Assembly (NCBI GenBank): GCA_044226015.1 | Contig: JBGAHS010000003.1 | Coordinates: 789,364 to 853,363 of the forward strand | Direction of reading: 5' to 3' | Length of the DNA stretch: 64,000 bases | From: Candidatus Obscuribacteraceae bacterium | GTDB taxonomy: Bacteria; Cyanobacteriota; Vampirovibrionia; Obscuribacterales; Obscuribacteraceae | Shown: positions 11,521 to 21,969 of the stretch, piece by piece | Position numbering within the stretch: position 1 is the first letter of the stretch | How the letters are laid out: each line of letters opens with the position of its first letter | Position numbers and translations under genes: made by a program | Notes under the pieces: generated by a model | Databases searched by the model: none | Told to the model about the DNA's origin: nothing | What the model saw: the letters and a program-made list of their open reading frames with translations, nothing else

Positions 11521-12498
11521 CTACTTTGATGCAAATGTATTCACAAAATTTGGGTTCCGCAGAACCTTTCCTTGAACCTCTTCTGCATGGGAATTTTTCT
11601 GCATAGTCGGACTGCTTATGTCGGGTCCACTAGCTTCCTGTATTCTTGCCGTAGCCGAATGAGCGTCGGGATATTCGTTTGGGTTCGCTTTCCCATAGTA
11701 ACGCACATAGAGATTGGTTCCGCGTGTCTGCAACTTTACTCCGCTAGGTCCTACGGGTTGATCTAGTTGGGTTTGCAAATTCTCAGCTGCCTCATCTACC
11801 AGGGCCGAACGGCTCTTTCGCCAGCTGTCATAAGGCTTTGAGCGCTCAGCTGCCTCTCGAATAAGCCTCTCTTTTTGTGCTGCTGCCGCTGTACGAATTT
11901 GATCTTCCCGCTCTTTCATCAGCTCAGGAACAGCCAGAAGCCTGTTAGCTTGAGCACCACCGTTGAACACGATAGGGTCGTGCAAACGTTCAATTTCGTA
12001 TTGCATTTGCTGGTCAATTGCTTTTAGCTGCTCATCAAGCTTTGCTTTGATCTCTTGCTCTGTTCGGCTTGCAACAACTTCGTGCTTGTCTTTTTCAAAA
12101 CTCGCTTGTTTTTGTATTCGTTTTTTAGCCCGTCCAATGTCGTCCTGTGCAAGAGGCTCATCGATTTTAACCGCCGGAAGACGCTTGCCGTAAGCCAGAA
12201 GCGCTTTCTTGCAAAACTCTCCAGTAGGACTACTTGCATCAAGCATATAAGCGAGCTTGTATTCTTCGGCTGCTCGCTCGTTCTGGTCAATACGTACAAG
12301 ACAATTCGCAAGCAGATAGTGGTGAATTTGCCGGGTAGGCTCTTGCAGAGTAGCTGCTGTAAACAACTGTGCAGCCTTTCTAAATTGCCCTTGCTTATAC
12401 TGCACCATTCCCTGGTCATAGTAAGACGCACTAGCCTCAGCTTTGCTGATGCTGCAGAGACCTATTACTAGCGCTAGTACCGCTGACTGCTTTCGCAC
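11521..12498 (-). CDS. Secreted TPR/coiled-coil hypothetical protein
   Basis: Signal peptide, N-terminal TPR, helical middle region. Confidence 0.75.
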   Translation of the reverse strand: MRKQSAVLALVIGLCSISKAEASASYYDQGMVQYKQGQFRKAAQLFTAATLQEPTRQIHHYLLANCLVRIDQNERAAEEYKLAYMLDASSPTGEFCKKALLAYGKRLPAVKIDEPLAQDDIGRAKKRIQKQASFEKDKHEVVASRTEQEIKAKLDEQLKAIDQQMQYEIERLHDPIVFNGGAQANRLLAVPELMKEREDQIRTAAAAQKERLIREAAERSKPYDSWRKSRSALVDEAAENLQTQLDQPVGPSGVKLQTRGTNLYVRYYGKANPNEYPDAHSATARIQEASGPDISSPTMQKNSHAEEVQGKVLRNPNFVNTFASK

Positions 12499-12580
12499 GT
12501 TATAACCAGAAAAAGAGCTGAACTCTTTCTAGTTTATCAGCTAAAACTGCCGAACAAATGGTGATTACCGCACCCTTTTT

Positions 12581-14047
12581 CTACATCTCATTGTCTTTTC
12601 GAGATTTCGCAAGTCGCTCTGCCGACTCTTTCAAGAATTCGCTTGCAGGCTCTTTCTCCTGAGCGAGGCGCGCCTCTTGCTCTGCCTCTGCCAACTTACC
12701 CTTAGCCTCTTCTAGCATGGAAAGGCAGGCATGAGGAGCCGCAGAGTTCTTATCTAATTCAGCTGCTTTCTTAAACTGATTGAAGGCAGAACTGAAATCT
12801 CCCAGCTTAGTCAGAGCAAGCCCCAAACCGATGCGAAGCTCAGCCTCAGCGGGGCGAACTTCCACTACCTGTTTGTACAATTCAGCTGCCTTCGAAAAAT
12901 TTCCTGATGACAGATAAGCTGCCGCAAGACGATTTTTTGCCTCAAAACTGCCTGGGGAAAGCTTCAATGCTTCTGCGAATTGATCGATTGCACCTTGTTC
13001 ATCTTTGTTTGCCTCAAGAACAGCTCCGAGGGCCAGATGACTCTGCGACAGCTCTGGCTTTACTTTAACAGCCTCGCGCAAAACAGCTATGGCAGCCTCT
13101 GGCTTGCCACTACGAAGCAAAAGTAAGCCCTGCCCAGCCTGAGCATCAACCAGGGTCGGATTCAATTCTATAGCCTTCTGGTAAGCCTCCAGTGAATCTT
13201 TCAATTCGCCTTTGCCAGCCAGAGCCCAGGCCAGATTGCACCAGGCCACTGAGTTCTTCGGCTCTGATTGAATCACCTTTCGTGACTCTCTTACCTGTCC
13301 ATCCAGGTCTCCAGAGTTACCCAAAGCAACGGCTAGAGCATTTCTTGCAGATACAGAGTCTGGACAATTTTCCAGAGCTTGTTGGAAGAAACGTTTGGCC
13401 AGGTCGAACTTACCCTGCCTGAACATCAACAAGCCACGATTAACGAGCGCTTTTGAAACTGGTGTTTCTGTTTCTTTAACTTGTTTGGTATCACCAGTGA
13501 CACCAGCCATTTCACTCAACCCTGTCTGCTCAAGCTCTCTCACAACGGGAGCTGTCTCTCCCTTGTTCCATCTCATTTTCGGCAAGTTCATTGCTTCTAA
13601 ATTACGCTTAGCAATTTGATTGTTTGGCTCAAGCTCGATAGCTCTCTTCAAATGTTCTCTTGCGCCTTCTTCGTCATTCAACTTTTTCAAGACAAATGCC
13701 AGTTCGATATGCGAAGGCACATAGTTACCGTTGGTGGCCAGGGCTTTGCGCTCACAGTCTGCTGCTGCGCTCATCTCTTCTGTGTGCACGTAGGCTACTG
13801 CGAGATCATGCAATGCGACAACGTTTGAAGGGTCTTGCGAACAAGCTTGCAAAAAGCTCTCTTTCGCTTTCTCCCAACGACCGCCTTTTGCGTGCCCCTC
13901 TCCAGCCGCAATTAACTTGCCAGACCCATCAACGGAAGATCCCACTTCACTCGCTCTTGCATCCAGCGCGAAAGCAGACAACCCTAAAATGGCCGAAAGG
14001 CTAATTACGAACTTTCCTGATTTCATATTCTCTCCAAACTTGAACAA
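12581..14047 (-). CDS. Secreted multi-TPR protein (start may be ATG 14026)
   Basis: Signal peptide and many TPR repeats. Confidence 0.85.
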   Translation of the reverse strand: MFKFGENMKSGKFVISLSAILGLSAFALDARASEVGSSVDGSGKLIAAGEGHAKGGRWEKAKESFLQACSQDPSNVVALHDLAVAYVHTEEMSAAADCERKALATNGNYVPSHIELAFVLKKLNDEEGAREHLKRAIELEPNNQIAKRNLEAMNLPKMRWNKGETAPVVRELEQTGLSEMAGVTGDTKQVKETETPVSKALVNRGLLMFRQGKFDLAKRFFQQALENCPDSVSARNALAVALGNSGDLDGQVRESRKVIQSEPKNSVAWCNLAWALAGKGELKDSLEAYQKAIELNPTLVDAQAGQGLLLLRSGKPEAAIAVLREAVKVKPELSQSHLALGAVLEANKDEQGAIDQFAEALKLSPGSFEAKNRLAAAYLSSGNFSKAAELYKQVVEVRPAEAELRIGLGLALTKLGDFSSAFNQFKKAAELDKNSAAPHACLSMLEEAKGKLAEAEQEARLAQEKEPASEFLKESAERLAKSRKDNEM

Positions 14048-14169
14048 GCCGATTCGATATATGCACCCGCGCTCATTATCTTCTATTTACAACCTCTTTT
14101 GGCCTTGTAAGACCAGTTTTTTCGGTTTAGGATTTCTAGCTGATTGAAATTCAGGGGAAGGTCATCGAT

Positions 14170-14763
14170 TTGATGTGTTCTTTTTCATACGCCAGGGCGA
14201 TTTCTCTGGTGCTTCTCTTCCAGGTATTTACATATTCTGCATGTGCTCAAACTGGAGAGCCTCAGCAAGCTTCCTCTGAGCCAGCAGCAACAAACCAAGA
14301 GGTTCTGCCAAAGCCAGCCAACACAATGCCACCAGCCTTGCCAGATCGCACAGTTCCTGCACCACCAGCAATATCACATACTCCTGCCAGCTCACAGGTA
14401 AAACAGCCTCTTGCCTGGCGCCAGAAAGCACTAAATATTTCATGCGATAAATTCAAACAAAACGCAGCAGCTGCAAATTCGAACCAGAGAGTTATCATCG
14501 GAAGCTATTCCGACGTGATTGTCGCGCTAACCGAGACCTGTTCGGGCTTCTCCTACAAAAGCGAGCAGTTTAATAGCAATGCAGGTGAGCTTCTCGTCAG
14601 CAACGGCAAGAGCAGATTTTTGTTTTGTTTGTGGGAGCAAGAACCATCGAAAACAACAATCGCAGCCTGTGTGGAAAAGGGAAAAAACTCAGAAACACTC
14701 AAGACGCTTAATGCGATCTTAGACTCAACATGTACCGCATTCGCACACCGAGGACGTATTTGA
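14170..14763 (+). CDS. Secreted hypothetical protein
   Basis: Signal peptide, Pro-rich linker; stop overlaps the pncB ATG (TGATG). Confidence 0.7.
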   Translation: MMCSFSYARAISLVLLFQVFTYSACAQTGEPQQASSEPAATNQEVLPKPANTMPPALPDRTVPAPPAISHTPASSQVKQPLAWRQKALNISCDKFKQNAAAANSNQRVIIGSYSDVIVALTETCSGFSYKSEQFNSNAGELLVSNGKSRFLFCLWEQEPSKTTIAACVEKGKNSETLKTLNAILDSTCTAFAHRGRI

Positions 14764-16256
14764 TGGTTAGCACAATTGGAAGCATGTACGGTCCCTCCGT
14801 GGCTCTGCTCACAGACCTATATCAACTCACCATGGCTTACTCTTACTGGAAATCTGGTACTGATGATAAGGAAGCAGTTTTTCATCTCTTTTTTCGAAAA
14901 GCGCCATTTCACAACGGTGTGACGATAGCCTGCGGCTTGCACTACACCATTGACTTTCTGCAAAGATTTCGTTTTCTTGATGATGATGTACGTTACCTTG
15001 CCACCTTATCTGGTGCCGATGGACAGCCCCTGTTTTCGGCAGAGTTTTTAGAATATCTTAGAAACATGCGCTTTTCATGCGATGTTGACTCCGTTCCCGA
15101 AGGAACCATCATGTTTCCACAGGAGCCCATGCTGCGCATAAAAGGTCCGATAGTGCAATGCCAGTTGCTTGAAACTGCGCTCCTGAACATCTGGAATTTT
15201 CAAACACTTGTAGCTACAAAAGCTAATCGAATCAGGCAGGCTGCAGGAAATAATCCGGTTCTCGAATTCGGATGCCGCCGGGCACAAGGTGCTGATGGCG
15301 CCCTCACAGCAAGTTGGGCTGCTCACGTGGGTGGATGCGATTCAAGTTCAAACGTTTTGGCTGGAAAGGTGTTTGGCATTCCGGTATCTGGAACCCATGC
15401 ACACAGCTGGGTCATGAGCTTTGACGATGAATTGAGCGCCTTCAAAGAGTATGCCAAAGCATTACCGAACAATTGCATCTTTCTCGTCGACACTTATGAC
15501 ACTCTTCAAGGAGTGCAGCACGCCATCGAAGTAGGAAAACTTCTCAAGGCTCAAGGACACAAATTACTTGGCATACGGTTGGACTCGGGCGACCTTGCTT
15601 ACCTCAGTATTGAAGCACGCAAATTGCTTGATGAAGCTGGATTTACAGACACAAATATAGTCGCCAGTAATGACCTTGATGAAAACATCATTTCAAGTTT
15701 GAACGCTCAAGGAGCCCGTATAAATGTCTGGGGCATCGGAACCAAGCTTGTAACAGCTTTCGACCAACCCGCACTGGGTGGTGTTTTCAAACTGGCTGCC
15801 ACTAGAAAGCCAGGTAACAGTTGGAAATACACCATTAAGCTTTCGGAGCAATCGGCAAAAATCTCCACACCAGGAATTCAGCAGGTGAGAAGGTTTCTGA
15901 AGGGTGGTCTTTTCCTTGCTGATGCCATATATGATACCAATGGTGATATACCAAAAGGCTTTGTTATCATCGACCCGTTAGACTTAACCAGGCGCCGTGT
16001 CATTTCCAGAGAGGCAGATTTTGAAGACCTGCTTCAACCAATATTTAGAGATGGCCAACTCGTTTATACCGCACCAGATCGCCTTGTCGTAAAAGACCAC
16101 GTGGAATCGCAATTGCAGCGTTTTCACCCGACCATCAGACGCTTGCTCAACCCTCACGAGTACCCTGTAGGCCTCGAACAAAACCTGCATAAACTACGTA
16201 CAGAACTCATCATGAAGGCCAGAGGCACAGCCGACCTTAACCTTCAAGAAATTTGA
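14763..16256 (+). CDS. pncB: Nicotinate phosphoribosyltransferase
   Basis: LLTDLYQLTM, EFGCRRAQG, GTHAHSW, LVDTYD, IRLDSGD motifs. Confidence 0.95.
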   Translation: MVSTIGSMYGPSVALLTDLYQLTMAYSYWKSGTDDKEAVFHLFFRKAPFHNGVTIACGLHYTIDFLQRFRFLDDDVRYLATLSGADGQPLFSAEFLEYLRNMRFSCDVDSVPEGTIMFPQEPMLRIKGPIVQCQLLETALLNIWNFQTLVATKANRIRQAAGNNPVLEFGCRRAQGADGALTASWAAHVGGCDSSSNVLAGKVFGIPVSGTHAHSWVMSFDDELSAFKEYAKALPNNCIFLVDTYDTLQGVQHAIEVGKLLKAQGHKLLGIRLDSGDLAYLSIEARKLLDEAGFTDTNIVASNDLDENIISSLNAQGARINVWGIGTKLVTAFDQPALGGVFKLAATRKPGNSWKYTIKLSEQSAKISTPGIQQVRRFLKGGLFLADAIYDTNGDIPKGFVIIDPLDLTRRRVISREADFEDLLQPIFRDGQLVYTAPDRLVVKDHVESQLQRFHPTIRRLLNPHEYPVGLEQNLHKLRTELIMKARGTADLNLQEI

Positions 16257-19200
16257 GAAATTTGACAAAGGTTCCAGGTTTGTTAGGGTCTTGCTTAAGC
16301 TCAGCTGCAGTCCCTTGCGGGGCGCCCTGAGGCACAGGAGTTCCGCACTCGCCACAGAACTTTGCTTCTGGTTCTAACGGCGCTGAACAGCCACTACATG
16401 CCTCAATTCGCGTCGGCAATGAATATCCACACTCGCCACAAAAGCTAGCATTTGCTTCAAGCGGATTGCTACATGAAGGGCACACTGGTATTCCTTCGGC
16501 AATCTCTTCTTCCTGATAAGAAGCAGGCTCACCAGCACTGTGATATGTATTCGCTGGCACTTCCGCATCGTCAAATGCGTAGTTCGGTTGCGATGGTGTG
16601 CCGTAGGGAGAAGCCGATTGAGGCGCTCCAAATGGCGTATCAAGCACACCACTGTTCTGTGCGGCACTATTAAGATCTGGATCAGGCACAGACCTGCTTT
16701 GGACTGGACCGGGCGGACCCTGCATCGGAACACCAGTGTATGGCTGCACTCGCATCGCTGATGGTGGCAAAGCAGGCATCGGTGGAGGAGCAGGCGGAGC
16801 CGGAATATCAGGTTCCTTCACAAGAGGAGGAGCTTCCTCCTGCTTCTTATTCTTAGAAGGAGGCAATTTCTTCATGCCACGAGCAGCCGCTGGCTCGGGG
16901 TTGTCCACATATGGTGTTAAACCCTTAGAAAGCTCTAGGGGCTTATCTTCCGGAGCTTGCGGAGAAGGCACAATGTCCGTTGGGTCAAGATATCGAGTAC
17001 TTCCATAGAGAAGCATATTGGGATCTTGCGGCGCCACAAGTGCTGCAGGAGCCTCAATGGGTACGGCTGCTTGAATCGGAGGACTCACTGCTGGCATCGG
17101 CGGCACAGAGGATAGAGCATCCACCTGACTCTGAACTGGATGTGGATCCACCAAAGGGGCTACTGGTTCTACTGCGCTCTGATTTGGCTGTCCTTGGTTC
17201 ACTGCTCTAACTGCAGGGTTGATAGGCTGAACAGGTGCGACAGGCAAGACTGGCGGGGTCACTGGCGCTGTCGGAGCCTGAGGAAGCACTGGCGGCTGCG
17301 GTCGTGAGATCTGTACCGGCGAAACAGGCTGCATCTGCACAGGAGATTCAGCGATCTGCGGAGGCGCCGAGGGCGGAGAAGCTGGCTGTACAGGAGCAGG
17401 CTGCGGAACCGGCTGCGCCAGAACTGGGACGGGCGCCGGCTCGACATGAACTGGGGCTGCTGGTTCAGCAGCACGCATCGGTGGAGCCACTTGCACAGGA
17501 ACATTCGCTATTAACCTCGACTCTGCAAGGAAGCGAGATGGACCAAGATCATTTCCGGCACTCTTACATGGAAAACTGAGATAGATTCCTTCTCGTGCTC
17601 TGGTGAAAGCCACGTAGAAAAGCCTTCTCTCTTCTTCCAGGTCGGCTGTGCCAGAGAGAGGAAATAGCCCCTCAGCAAGACCAACCAGAAAGACCACCGG
17701 AAACTCGCTGCCCTTAACGTCGTAAACCGATTTAACATGAACGGCCTGTTCTTCGTTCTTGTCCTCATAATCACCAATGCGATCTTCAACATGTTGAACG
17801 AATTCAACAACAGTGGAAAACTTGCGCGCTTCCTCTTCCATGCGTCCCAGCTTTTTCAGAGGCTCATAAACCTGCCCTGGCGGGACTTTTATATTCTTGT
17901 AGTAGTCATTCAACCTTCTCGTGCGTCTGAGATATCCAATCGACTCCGCAGGTGGCAGCCTGTCGTTGTTCATTGCACGAATTACTTTTACTAATTGCTC
18001 CAATTCCTTGCAGCTATGATCAGCAGTGGCTTCTGCATAAATTTCCACTGCTTTCAAATAAGACAAATTGTTTGCACCGGCGAAACTAGCTATGGTGGCG
18101 GAAAGCTTGGGATCAATCTCTTTGGTGCCAAGCTGACAGACACGCTCAAATGACTCCCTGGCACGGGGACCGTCCGGGTCCATCACCAGCTTGAGGAAAG
18201 CAAGCATGTCTCCCAGCTCATCAGGAATTACTGAACTATCTGAAACACTAGCTTTGAATCTCACGCCTCTGGCAGCAAGTTCCTCTTCCAGCATTGTTTC
18301 ATATTGATTTTGTCTGTAAATTATCGCTATGTCGCCAGCATTACGTCCAGCATCAATAAGATTCTTCACCTGCTGCGCGGTCCACGCAGCATCCTCACCT
18401 TCGTCGATGCAGGCCTGTGGTCCGAATATGGCTGCTGTGGGCACAGCTCCCCAACCAGAATCAAAAGGTTTTTTGATCTTGCTTCGCTCAAGGTAGGAAA
18501 TTATCCACTTCGCATGTTCAACAATTGTGGGATGACAGCGCCAATTGTGCTCCATCGTAATTGCTCTGCCATTGGGAAAACGAATCGTGAAATCAGCAAG
18601 CAACTCAGGACATGCATTTTTGCTTTCGGAAATAGTTTCATCCTCATCACCAGAGATGAAGAAGTTATCTTGAGGAGCTGCAATGATACGCGCCAGCATA
18701 TCTTGCGCCACTGTCACTTCCTGGTACTCGTCCGCGAGAATAAACTCGTATTGACTTTGATACTTCGTGCGCAATTCTGAATTTTCCAGAAGCAGGTTCA
18801 CTGCCATTCCGAAAACATCATTGCGATCTATTCGATTTGTCTTCTGAAGCTGGTCCTCATAAGCCTGATAGACACGAGCCACCATAGACTCTGTCTCATT
18901 TTCGGCCTGGTCTTTGGCTTGCTTGGCAGAAATCAAATGCGTTTTGTACATGCTGATCATGTCATAGACATAAAACTCATCTATTTCCCCGGACATTTCG
19001 AGCTTCAGAGAATCGGTATCTTTTCGGGCTTTGCTCAGGAGTTTCTGTATTACTTTCTCTGGACTCGTCTCCAGCTTTAGCGGTGGCTTCCGCTTAATGG
19101 TGTTGATATTTTCTTTGAGAATCTTCATGCCGAGATCATGAAAAGAAATAACATTGAGCCTCGGTGCCCATTGCTTATCAATATTCGTTTCCAAACTTTG

Positions 19201-20349
19201 CTTTAGCAGGCGTGCGGTGTCAGCTGAATAGCTGAGTATCAAAATACTGTCGGGACTGATGCCTTGAGAAAGCAGATAGCCTGCTCGCTTTTGCAAACAT
19301 AATGTCTTGCCTGTTCCGGATCCACCGACTAGAGCAATGGGACCGCCACCAAATACGATTGCACTGCGCTGCACATCATCTTCTGGCAACTCGGGACAGG
19401 GAGGCAAAGACTGCCCGCTCAAAAGCCGCCCAAAGTGAGACCGCTTTCTTCCTTCCCTCCAGATATCCTCGACAACATCCACACATCCCGGAGTGTTGTT
19501 TAGAAGTTCTGAGCTGCTAAATTTCAAAATCTGCCATCCATCCGAAAGCAAGACCAGGTCGCGCTTTGCTTCCCTCGTATTGATTTCATGACCTGACATC
19601 GCGGAAAGCAAATCACATTCAATATTCAGCCGTCTATCACCTTGCATCAAAGCAAAGTCTAGAAGATAGTCACCCAAAACATGCTGTGGGAAGGGATCCA
19701 ACCCTCTTTCGCGCAACGCAGTAAACAACTTCAATTCTGCTTTCAGCATCGGAGGAGCAGATTCTTCTCTTGAAGCTTTGAATTCCTCCTGGCTAATTGT
19801 GCAAGCCTGAATCAAGTACTGAAGTTTGTCCCAGTTAACAGGTCGGTTGCAAAAATCAAAGTCACCACAAGCCCTTCCCTGCTTCATAAACTCAGCATAT
19901 GGAAGTGGTGTGGTAATAATCGTGACTTTGCCAGAAATGATGCGCGGGAAAAGCACATAGTAAAGCAAATACCAGATATGACTGGGTCTTCGTGGTGGCA
20001 TTAAAGAGTCAAGAATAACCACATCATTGCCACTCATCTCCAACTCGATTTTCGAAGCGAGAGGTCGCGCGAAAAGTGCCTTCTCGTGTGTCTCGTTGAA
20101 AATAAAATCCGCCTGCTGATAGAGCATGTCACCAGCAATTACAAATGGAGAATAGGCGCGAGACTTCAGATTGATCACTGCAGCTTCAAGACTCACCGCA
20201 AGCTCCTCAGTCCAATCAGACAGAAAGAGTCCGCGAACCGAACCACTGTAAAGACCGATCGTGTTGACAAACCACTGCAGTGCCTCACGCCAGTCCGCTG
20301 GTGTGGACATCATTCCTTGATTTCTTTCGTTTCTCCGACTCTTGGCCAA
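16237..20349 (-). CDS. UvrD/PcrA-like SF1 helicase fused to a DnaC/IstB-like domain, DUF559, Pro-rich linker and zinc ribbons
   Basis: GGSGTGKT, DEYQE, KGSEF, EEERRLFYVAFTRAR; YLLDFA...IECD...RD...GWQILKF; four CxxC at the C-terminus. Confidence 0.85.
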   Translation of the reverse strand: MAKSRRNERNQGMMSTPADWREALQWFVNTIGLYSGSVRGLFLSDWTEELAVSLEAAVINLKSRAYSPFVIAGDMLYQQADFIFNETHEKALFARPLASKIELEMSGNDVVILDSLMPPRRPSHIWYLLYYVLFPRIISGKVTIITTPLPYAEFMKQGRACGDFDFCNRPVNWDKLQYLIQACTISQEEFKASREESAPPMLKAELKLFTALRERGLDPFPQHVLGDYLLDFALMQGDRRLNIECDLLSAMSGHEINTREAKRDLVLLSDGWQILKFSSSELLNNTPGCVDVVEDIWREGRKRSHFGRLLSGQSLPPCPELPEDDVQRSAIVFGGGPIALVGGSGTGKTLCLQKRAGYLLSQGISPDSILILSYSADTARLLKQSLETNIDKQWAPRLNVISFHDLGMKILKENINTIKRKPPLKLETSPEKVIQKLLSKARKDTDSLKLEMSGEIDEFYVYDMISMYKTHLISAKQAKDQAENETESMVARVYQAYEDQLQKTNRIDRNDVFGMAVNLLLENSELRTKYQSQYEFILADEYQEVTVAQDMLARIIAAPQDNFFISGDEDETISESKNACPELLADFTIRFPNGRAITMEHNWRCHPTIVEHAKWIISYLERSKIKKPFDSGWGAVPTAAIFGPQACIDEGEDAAWTAQQVKNLIDAGRNAGDIAIIYRQNQYETMLEEELAARGVRFKASVSDSSVIPDELGDMLAFLKLVMDPDGPRARESFERVCQLGTKEIDPKLSATIASFAGANNLSYLKAVEIYAEATADHSCKELEQLVKVIRAMNNDRLPPAESIGYLRRTRRLNDYYKNIKVPPGQVYEPLKKLGRMEEEARKFSTVVEFVQHVEDRIGDYEDKNEEQAVHVKSVYDVKGSEFPVVFLVGLAEGLFPLSGTADLEEERRLFYVAFTRAREGIYLSFPCKSAGNDLGPSRFLAESRLIANVPVQVAPPMRAAEPAAPVHVEPAPVPVLAQPVPQPAPVQPASPPSAPPQIAESPVQMQPVSPVQISRPQPPVLPQAPTAPVTPPVLPVAPVQPINPAVRAVNQGQPNQSAVEPVAPLVDPHPVQSQVDALSSVPPMPAVSPPIQAAVPIEAPAALVAPQDPNMLLYGSTRYLDPTDIVPSPQAPEDKPLELSKGLTPYVDNPEPAAARGMKKLPPSKNKKQEEAPPLVKEPDIPAPPAPPPMPALPPSAMRVQPYTGVPMQGPPGPVQSRSVPDPDLNSAAQNSGVLDTPFGAPQSASPYGTPSQPNYAFDDAEVPANTYHSAGEPASYQEEEIAEGIPVCPSCSNPLEANASFCGECGYSLPTRIEACSGCSAPLEPEAKFCGECGTPVPQGAPQGTAAELKQDPNKPGTFVKFLKFLEG

Positions 20350-20638
20350 TTTGATTCCGTTTTTCTCTGACTGATATTCTGCGAAAAAATTTTTCTTCTA
20401 AAAATGATCTACCAACATTTCTACTGCAAATATTCCCGTTCTCCTTGTCTATAACCACTTCTAGCATGAAGAGACATTTCAAGATGGCAGATTTCTTCAT
20501 TACGTGGGTACATTTACAATGCAAACTTGACATTTCTGCAATCGAAATGACAGTGTACAATCGAACATGGTGTCAAATCCTCTAGTCAAGGGTATGACTA
20601 CTGCAGACCGGCAATCACTTCGAAAGGAGACATCTCCA

Positions 20639-20860
20639 ATGAAAAAGGCGCTAGTTATCCTGGCAGCTTTGTCCACAACATCTTTACCAGCGTTCAGTCA
20701 GGCTTGCGGCGACGAAGGTCGCTACTTCCACCTGACCCCGCCAGACTACTCGATTCCGAGTGCTAGAAGACATGCTATCCACAGATACGCAAAAGCTCTT
20801 CGTTGGTATCATGAGCACCTGGGCGACAAACCCTTGTGCGTAAACGGCAAACCCCAGTAA
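20639..20860 (+). CDS. Small secreted protein (73 aa, two Cys)
   Basis: AAGGAGA RBS, MKKALVILAAL...AFS signal peptide. Confidence 0.7.
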   Translation: MKKALVILAALSTTSLPAFSQACGDEGRYFHLTPPDYSIPSARRHAIHRYAKALRWYHEHLGDKPLCVNGKPQ

Positions 20861-20970
20861 GCGGGTTATCTAAGGTTTTTATACAAGCAATGTCTACATA
20901 GACGTTGCCTGGAGATTCTTGTCCTCAAACAAGTTGTTGAGAGATAAGCTGCCGTACTGCAAATCTACAG

Positions 20971-20993
20971 GGAGGTCGAAAGGCCTCCTTTTT
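20971..20993 (+). terminator. Intrinsic terminator
   Basis: GGAGGTC-GAAA-GGCCTCC-TTTTT. Confidence 0.75.
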
Positions 20994-21048
20994 GCTATTT
21001 TCTAACTATCGACCTGCTCAGAGCTAACAAGCGACGGAACGATACTGA

Positions 21049-21402
21049 TTAATCAAACGAATAGCCCAGAAAGCACACCTTATCTGCTCTTCCATCCACA
21101 TAGCAAACAACAAAACAACCTTTCCCTCTATCGAGAATTTCCCAGATAGAGTAATCACCCGCCATTACCTGGTCTTCCGTAGGCTCTTCTGTTTCAAAGA
21201 GATTCATCAACGTTTCTTCGTCAAGCGGACGAACACAAACAAATCCCGAGGGATCTTCTGAGTCAAAAGCCTGCTCGTCAAACCTGATATTGCCTCGCCA
21301 GTCTGCGGGCAAGCCTTGTTTTATTTCACTTATATTCTTTTCAAAAGTGTTTCGTGCACTCGATTCAAACTTCGCCACAAACTGCCAGGTATGCCCGCCC
21401 AT
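21049..21402 (-). CDS. Hypothetical protein
   Basis: 117 aa ATG ORF with RBS-like AGGA. Confidence 0.7.
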   Translation of the reverse strand: MGGHTWQFVAKFESSARNTFEKNISEIKQGLPADWRGNIRFDEQAFDSEDPSGFVCVRPLDEETLMNLFETEEPTEDQVMAGDYSIWEILDRGKGCFVVCYVDGRADKVCFLGYSFD

Positions 21403-21442
21403 TTCAAATTCCTATGACACTTGCCGAGAGCTAGTTAGACAA

Positions 21443-21877
21443 TTAGTTACCTATGTTTGAATTCAAAAAATAGAAGCAGGACATCATCACCATCATTGAT
21501 GAAGTAACGCCGAGCCAGAAAGCAGCAATAACAATTTGCCAAACGATAAGTGCTTGCCTTGCCGTTAGACTGACGATAATGCCGAGTCGGTTGATCATGT
21601 AGAGCACGACAGCTAGGACCGTCAGCAGCAACGGCAAAAGCTTCAAACCAGGTGCGACAGGAAGCGCCACTGCCGCCACCAGGCTCATGATACAAATCAC
21701 CACAAGACCAATAGTCACGTAATCCGAAATTCTTTGTCTTACGGACTCTGTAACGGAAGCTTCGTTGATATGCTTAATCGCCGCAACAACATTACGTAAG
21801 CCACCACGTCTGGCGCCTTCGAACTCTTCTTTCGCGTCATCGCCTTGCGGGTTCTTCGTTATATCTGAGTCAGCCAC
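21443..21877 (-). CDS. Membrane protein (3 TM)
   Basis: GGAGG 6 nt before GTG 21877; hydrophobic helices. Confidence 0.7.
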   Translation of the reverse strand: MADSDITKNPQGDDAKEEFEGARRGGLRNVVAAIKHINEASVTESVRQRISDYVTIGLVVICIMSLVAAVALPVAPGLKLLPLLLTVLAVVLYMINRLGIIVSLTARQALIVWQIVIAAFWLGVTSSMMVMMSCFYFLNSNIGN

Positions 21878-21969
21878 GGAGATCCTCCAGATGCAAATTC
21901 TTGTATTATCAGTCTGACTACTTTGACTTCCAATCAAGTCATTCCCTGCAAAACCAGAGATTAACCAAT

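Noticed and set aside
16237..16256. 20-nt convergent overlap of pncB and the helicase gene
   Set aside because: Short tail-to-tail overlaps are commonplace.
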